A stretch of 64,000 nt of DNA, taken from contig OY760175.1 of NCBI GenBank assembly GCA_963663165.1, forward strand, positions 3,200,001 through 3,264,000, in the 5' to 3' direction. Below, piece by piece: positions 61,653-64,000 of the stretch (positions are counted from its first letter, which is position 1; the number at the start of each line of letters is the position of its first letter). Below the pieces are notes generated by a model that was not told where the DNA came from, made no database searches, and saw nothing but the letters and a program-made list of their open reading frames with translations. The translations under genes were made by a program, and so were the position numbers. The DNA is from an uncultured Desulfospira sp. GTDB lineage: Bacteria > Desulfobacterota > Desulfobacteria > Desulfobacterales > Desulfobacteraceae.

Positions 61653-61789
61653 GCTTTTATCTTCCTTTTAAAAATATTATTTTCAGGCATAAAAAAACAT
61701 GCCGTCCCAAAAAGATGGCATAGCATAAACCGGACCGGCTCTGCAATTTGTTTAAAGTGCAATTCACTCAAGAAAGGAGGGGGAAATAG

Positions 61790-61819
61790 AAGGAGGGGAT
61801 CAAGGCTTGACCCCCTCCT
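61790..61819 (-). terminator. Putative terminator after fdh
   Basis: aggaggggatcaag-g-cttgacccccctcct-like stem immediately after the stop. Confidence 0.45.
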
Positions 61820-61825
61820 GAGGTT

Positions 61826-64000
61826 CTAAGATGCTATTTTTTCAATGTTCACGGCGCAGGCTTTGAACTCTGCGGTCTTGGAAACCGGGTCAAAGGCGGA
61901 GTTGGTCAGGAAATTGGCGCATCCCTCCCGGAAGTGAAAGGCCATCCAGACAAGGCCTTCAGGCACCTGGGGGGTGATTTTGGCCGTGACCTCCACCGAT
62001 CCCCTCCGGGAATAAACCCGGATTTTCTCACCCTGTTCAATGCCCAGGCGCCGGGCATCCGCAGCGCTGATATCGGCGGTCTCCTCTCCCAGCAGCTCGT
62101 TGAGGCCGCTGCACCGGCCGGTCTGGGTCCGGGTATGGTAATGGTAAAGGCGGCGGCCCGTACTCAGCACAAAGGGATATTCTTTATCCGCCACTTCCGC
62201 CGGCGGGGTCCATTCAATGGCTTTCAGGTTGCCCTTGCCGCAGGTAAAGGCCCCGTCCGGGTGCATGACCCGGGTGCCCGGATGATCCAGGGAAGGACAG
62301 GGCCACTGCAACCCGTCTTTCTCAATGCGGGAAAACCGTATGCCGTGAAAAAGGGGGCAAAGCTGCGCCAACTCATTGTCCCAGATTTCCTGGCCGCTGG
62401 CTGACGCCCATTCCCGGCCCATGCGCCGGGCGATTTCTTTGAACACCCACCAGTTGGGCCGGGATTCACCCGGGGGAGAAACCGCCTTTCTGACCCGGCT
62501 GACCCGTCGTTCACTGTTGGTGAAGGTGCCGTCATCTTCACTCCAGGCCGTGGCCGGAAAGACCACATGGGCGAACCGGGTGGTCTCCGTGGGGAAAATA
62601 TCGTTGCAGACCAGGAATTCGGCGGCCTCCAGGCATTTTTCCACATGATTGATATCCGGCTCGGTATTGGCAATGTTTTCCCCGAACACATAAAGGGCCT
62701 TAACCTTTCCCGAGGCCAGGCCGTCGATCATGTCCGGGATCATCAGGCCCGGCTGGCCGGAAAGTTCCGCCCCCCAGGCGTTGGCAAATTTTTCCCGGGA
62801 CGCCGCGTCCGTCACCTTCTGGTAACCCGGAAAATCCCCGGGCAGGGCCCCCATGTCGCAGGCCCCCTGGACATTGTTCTGCCCCCTTAAGGGGTTGACC
62901 CCGCCCGTGGCATAGCCCACGTTGCCCAGCAGCATCTGAAGGTTGGCGCAGGACATGACATTGTTGACCCCGCAGGTATGCTCGGTAATCCCTAAGGTGT
63001 ACATCAGGGCGGCCGGCTTGACCGAGGCCATTTTCCACGCTACTTTCCGAATGGTATCGGCTTCAACCCCGCAGATGTCCTGAGCCCTTTCCGGTGGCCA
63101 TGACAGGGCCATCTTCTTGAGGTCCTCAAATCCGGTGGTATGCGCTTCCACATAGGCCTTGTCATAAAGGTCTTCGGTGATCAGGACATTCATCATGGCG
63201 TTGATCAGGGCCACATCCGATCCCACCTTGATCTGCATATAGGTGTGGGCATGGGCGGCAATGCCGTTGAACCTGGGATCGGCCACAATCAGGTGGGCCC
63301 CGTTGCGGACCGCCTGTTTGATCCAGGTGGCGGCTACGGGATGGGCCTCGGTCATGTTGGACCCAATGACAAAGAACAGCTTGCCGTTCTGGAATTCCTC
63401 AAAGGAATTGGTCATGGCACCGGACCCGAAGGACTGGGCCAGACCGGCCACGGTGGGGGCATGGCAGGTCCGGGCACAGTGGTCGATGTTGTTGGTGCCG
63501 ATGGTCGCCCGGAACAGTTTCTGCATGTTATAGGAGTCTTCATTGATGCTCCGGGCGCAGGAGATCCCGGCCAGGGCATCAGGGCCATGGTCGTTGATAA
63601 TCCGGGTGAATGTATCGGCCACAAGGTCCAGGGCCTCGTCCCAGGTGGCCTTTCGGAATTCTTTTCCTTCCCGGATCAGGGGATGGGTGAGCCGCTCATC
63701 CGAGTGAATGAAATCGTATCCGAACCGCCCCTTGACACAGAGACGGCCCATGCTCGGGGCCCCGTCTTCCACCCCGGTCACCTTAACGATCTTGTCATCC
63801 TTGACATGGAGCAGCTGCTGGCACCCCACCCCGCAATAGGGGCAGGTGGTCCGCACGGTCTGGACATCCGTTCCCTGGGCCAGGCCGAATGCTTTTTTCT
63901 CAAACAGTGCGCCCGTGGGGCAAACCTGAACACACTGGCCGCAATGGGTGCAGGCCTCGTAATCCACCACCGGGTACCACCCGTTCAAATGATCGGCCCG
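61826..64000 (-). CDS. fdhF: Formate dehydrogenase alpha subunit (FdhF-like, Cys type), 5' end outside window
   Basis: CPYCGVGC, LCVKGRFG, DHCARTCHAPTVAGL, RGQNNVQG, SKTAEFKACAV. Confidence 0.9.
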   Translation of the reverse strand, partial: RADHLNGWYPVVDYEACTHCGQCVQVCPTGALFEKKAFGLAQGTDVQTVRTTCPYCGVGCQQLLHVKDDKIVKVTGVEDGAPSMGRLCVKGRFGYDFIHSDERLTHPLIREGKEFRKATWDEALDLVADTFTRIINDHGPDALAGISCARSINEDSYNMQKLFRATIGTNNIDHCARTCHAPTVAGLAQSFGSGAMTNSFEEFQNGKLFFVIGSNMTEAHPVAATWIKQAVRNGAHLIVADPRFNGIAAHAHTYMQIKVGSDVALINAMMNVLITEDLYDKAYVEAHTTGFEDLKKMALSWPPERAQDICGVEADTIRKVAWKMASVKPAALMYTLGITEHTCGVNNVMSCANLQMLLGNVGYATGGVNPLRGQNNVQGACDMGALPGDFPGYQKVTDAASREKFANAWGAELSGQPGLMIPDMIDGLASGKVKALYVFGENIANTEPDINHVEKCLEAAEFLVCNDIFPTETTRFAHVVFPATAWSEDDGTFTNSERRVSRVRKAVSPPGESRPNWWVFKEIARRMGREWASASGQEIWDNELAQLCPLFHGIRFSRIEKDGLQWPCPSLDHPGTRVMHPDGAFTCGKGNLKAIEWTPPAEVADKEYPFVLSTGRRLYHYHTRTQTGRCSGLNELLGEETADISAADARRLGIEQGEKIRVYSRRGSVEVTAKITPQVPEGLVWMAFHFREGCANFLTNSAFDPVSKTAEFKACAVNIEKIAS

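Noticed and set aside
63455..63490. Selenocysteine in formate dehydrogenase
   Set aside because: The active site reads CARTCH with a TGC codon and no in-frame TGA.

Overview
64-kb chromosomal window from an anaerobic, probably sulfate-reducing Desulfobacterales-like bacterium (inferred from gene content, not proven). 1-9.4 kb: an Hmu/Btu-like tetrapyrrole/metal uptake cluster (two TonB receptors, DUF2162-, ExbB- and DUF2149-like proteins, a membrane-anchored CobN-like protein) and an AEC transporter. 10.3-16.4 kb: a patchwork of disrupted genes (corrinoid protein, TRAP DctQM, solute-binding protein, hybrid kinase). 16-45 kb: mostly ordinary genes, including an amino-acid ABC transporter, a split glutamate synthase, an orphan hcp, beta-oxidation genes, two diguanylate cyclases and uvrA. 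45.2-60.7 kb: an accessory polymorphic-toxin locus with a small YD/dockerin-like partner, a 2132-aa signal-peptide-bearing Rhs, an orphan Rhs with a different toxin tip, three candidate immunity genes, Rhs fragments and three IS remnants. The window ends in a Cys-type formate dehydrogenase alpha subunit. The most unusual signal is an 80-bp palindromic non-coding element (GATAAAT-GGGGTCAGAGTAAAATTA-N30-TAATTTTACTCTGACCCC-AAAATTC). It sits at the breakpoints of truncated modules in the Rhs tail and is flanked by stuttered, end-anchored partial copies of its own termini.
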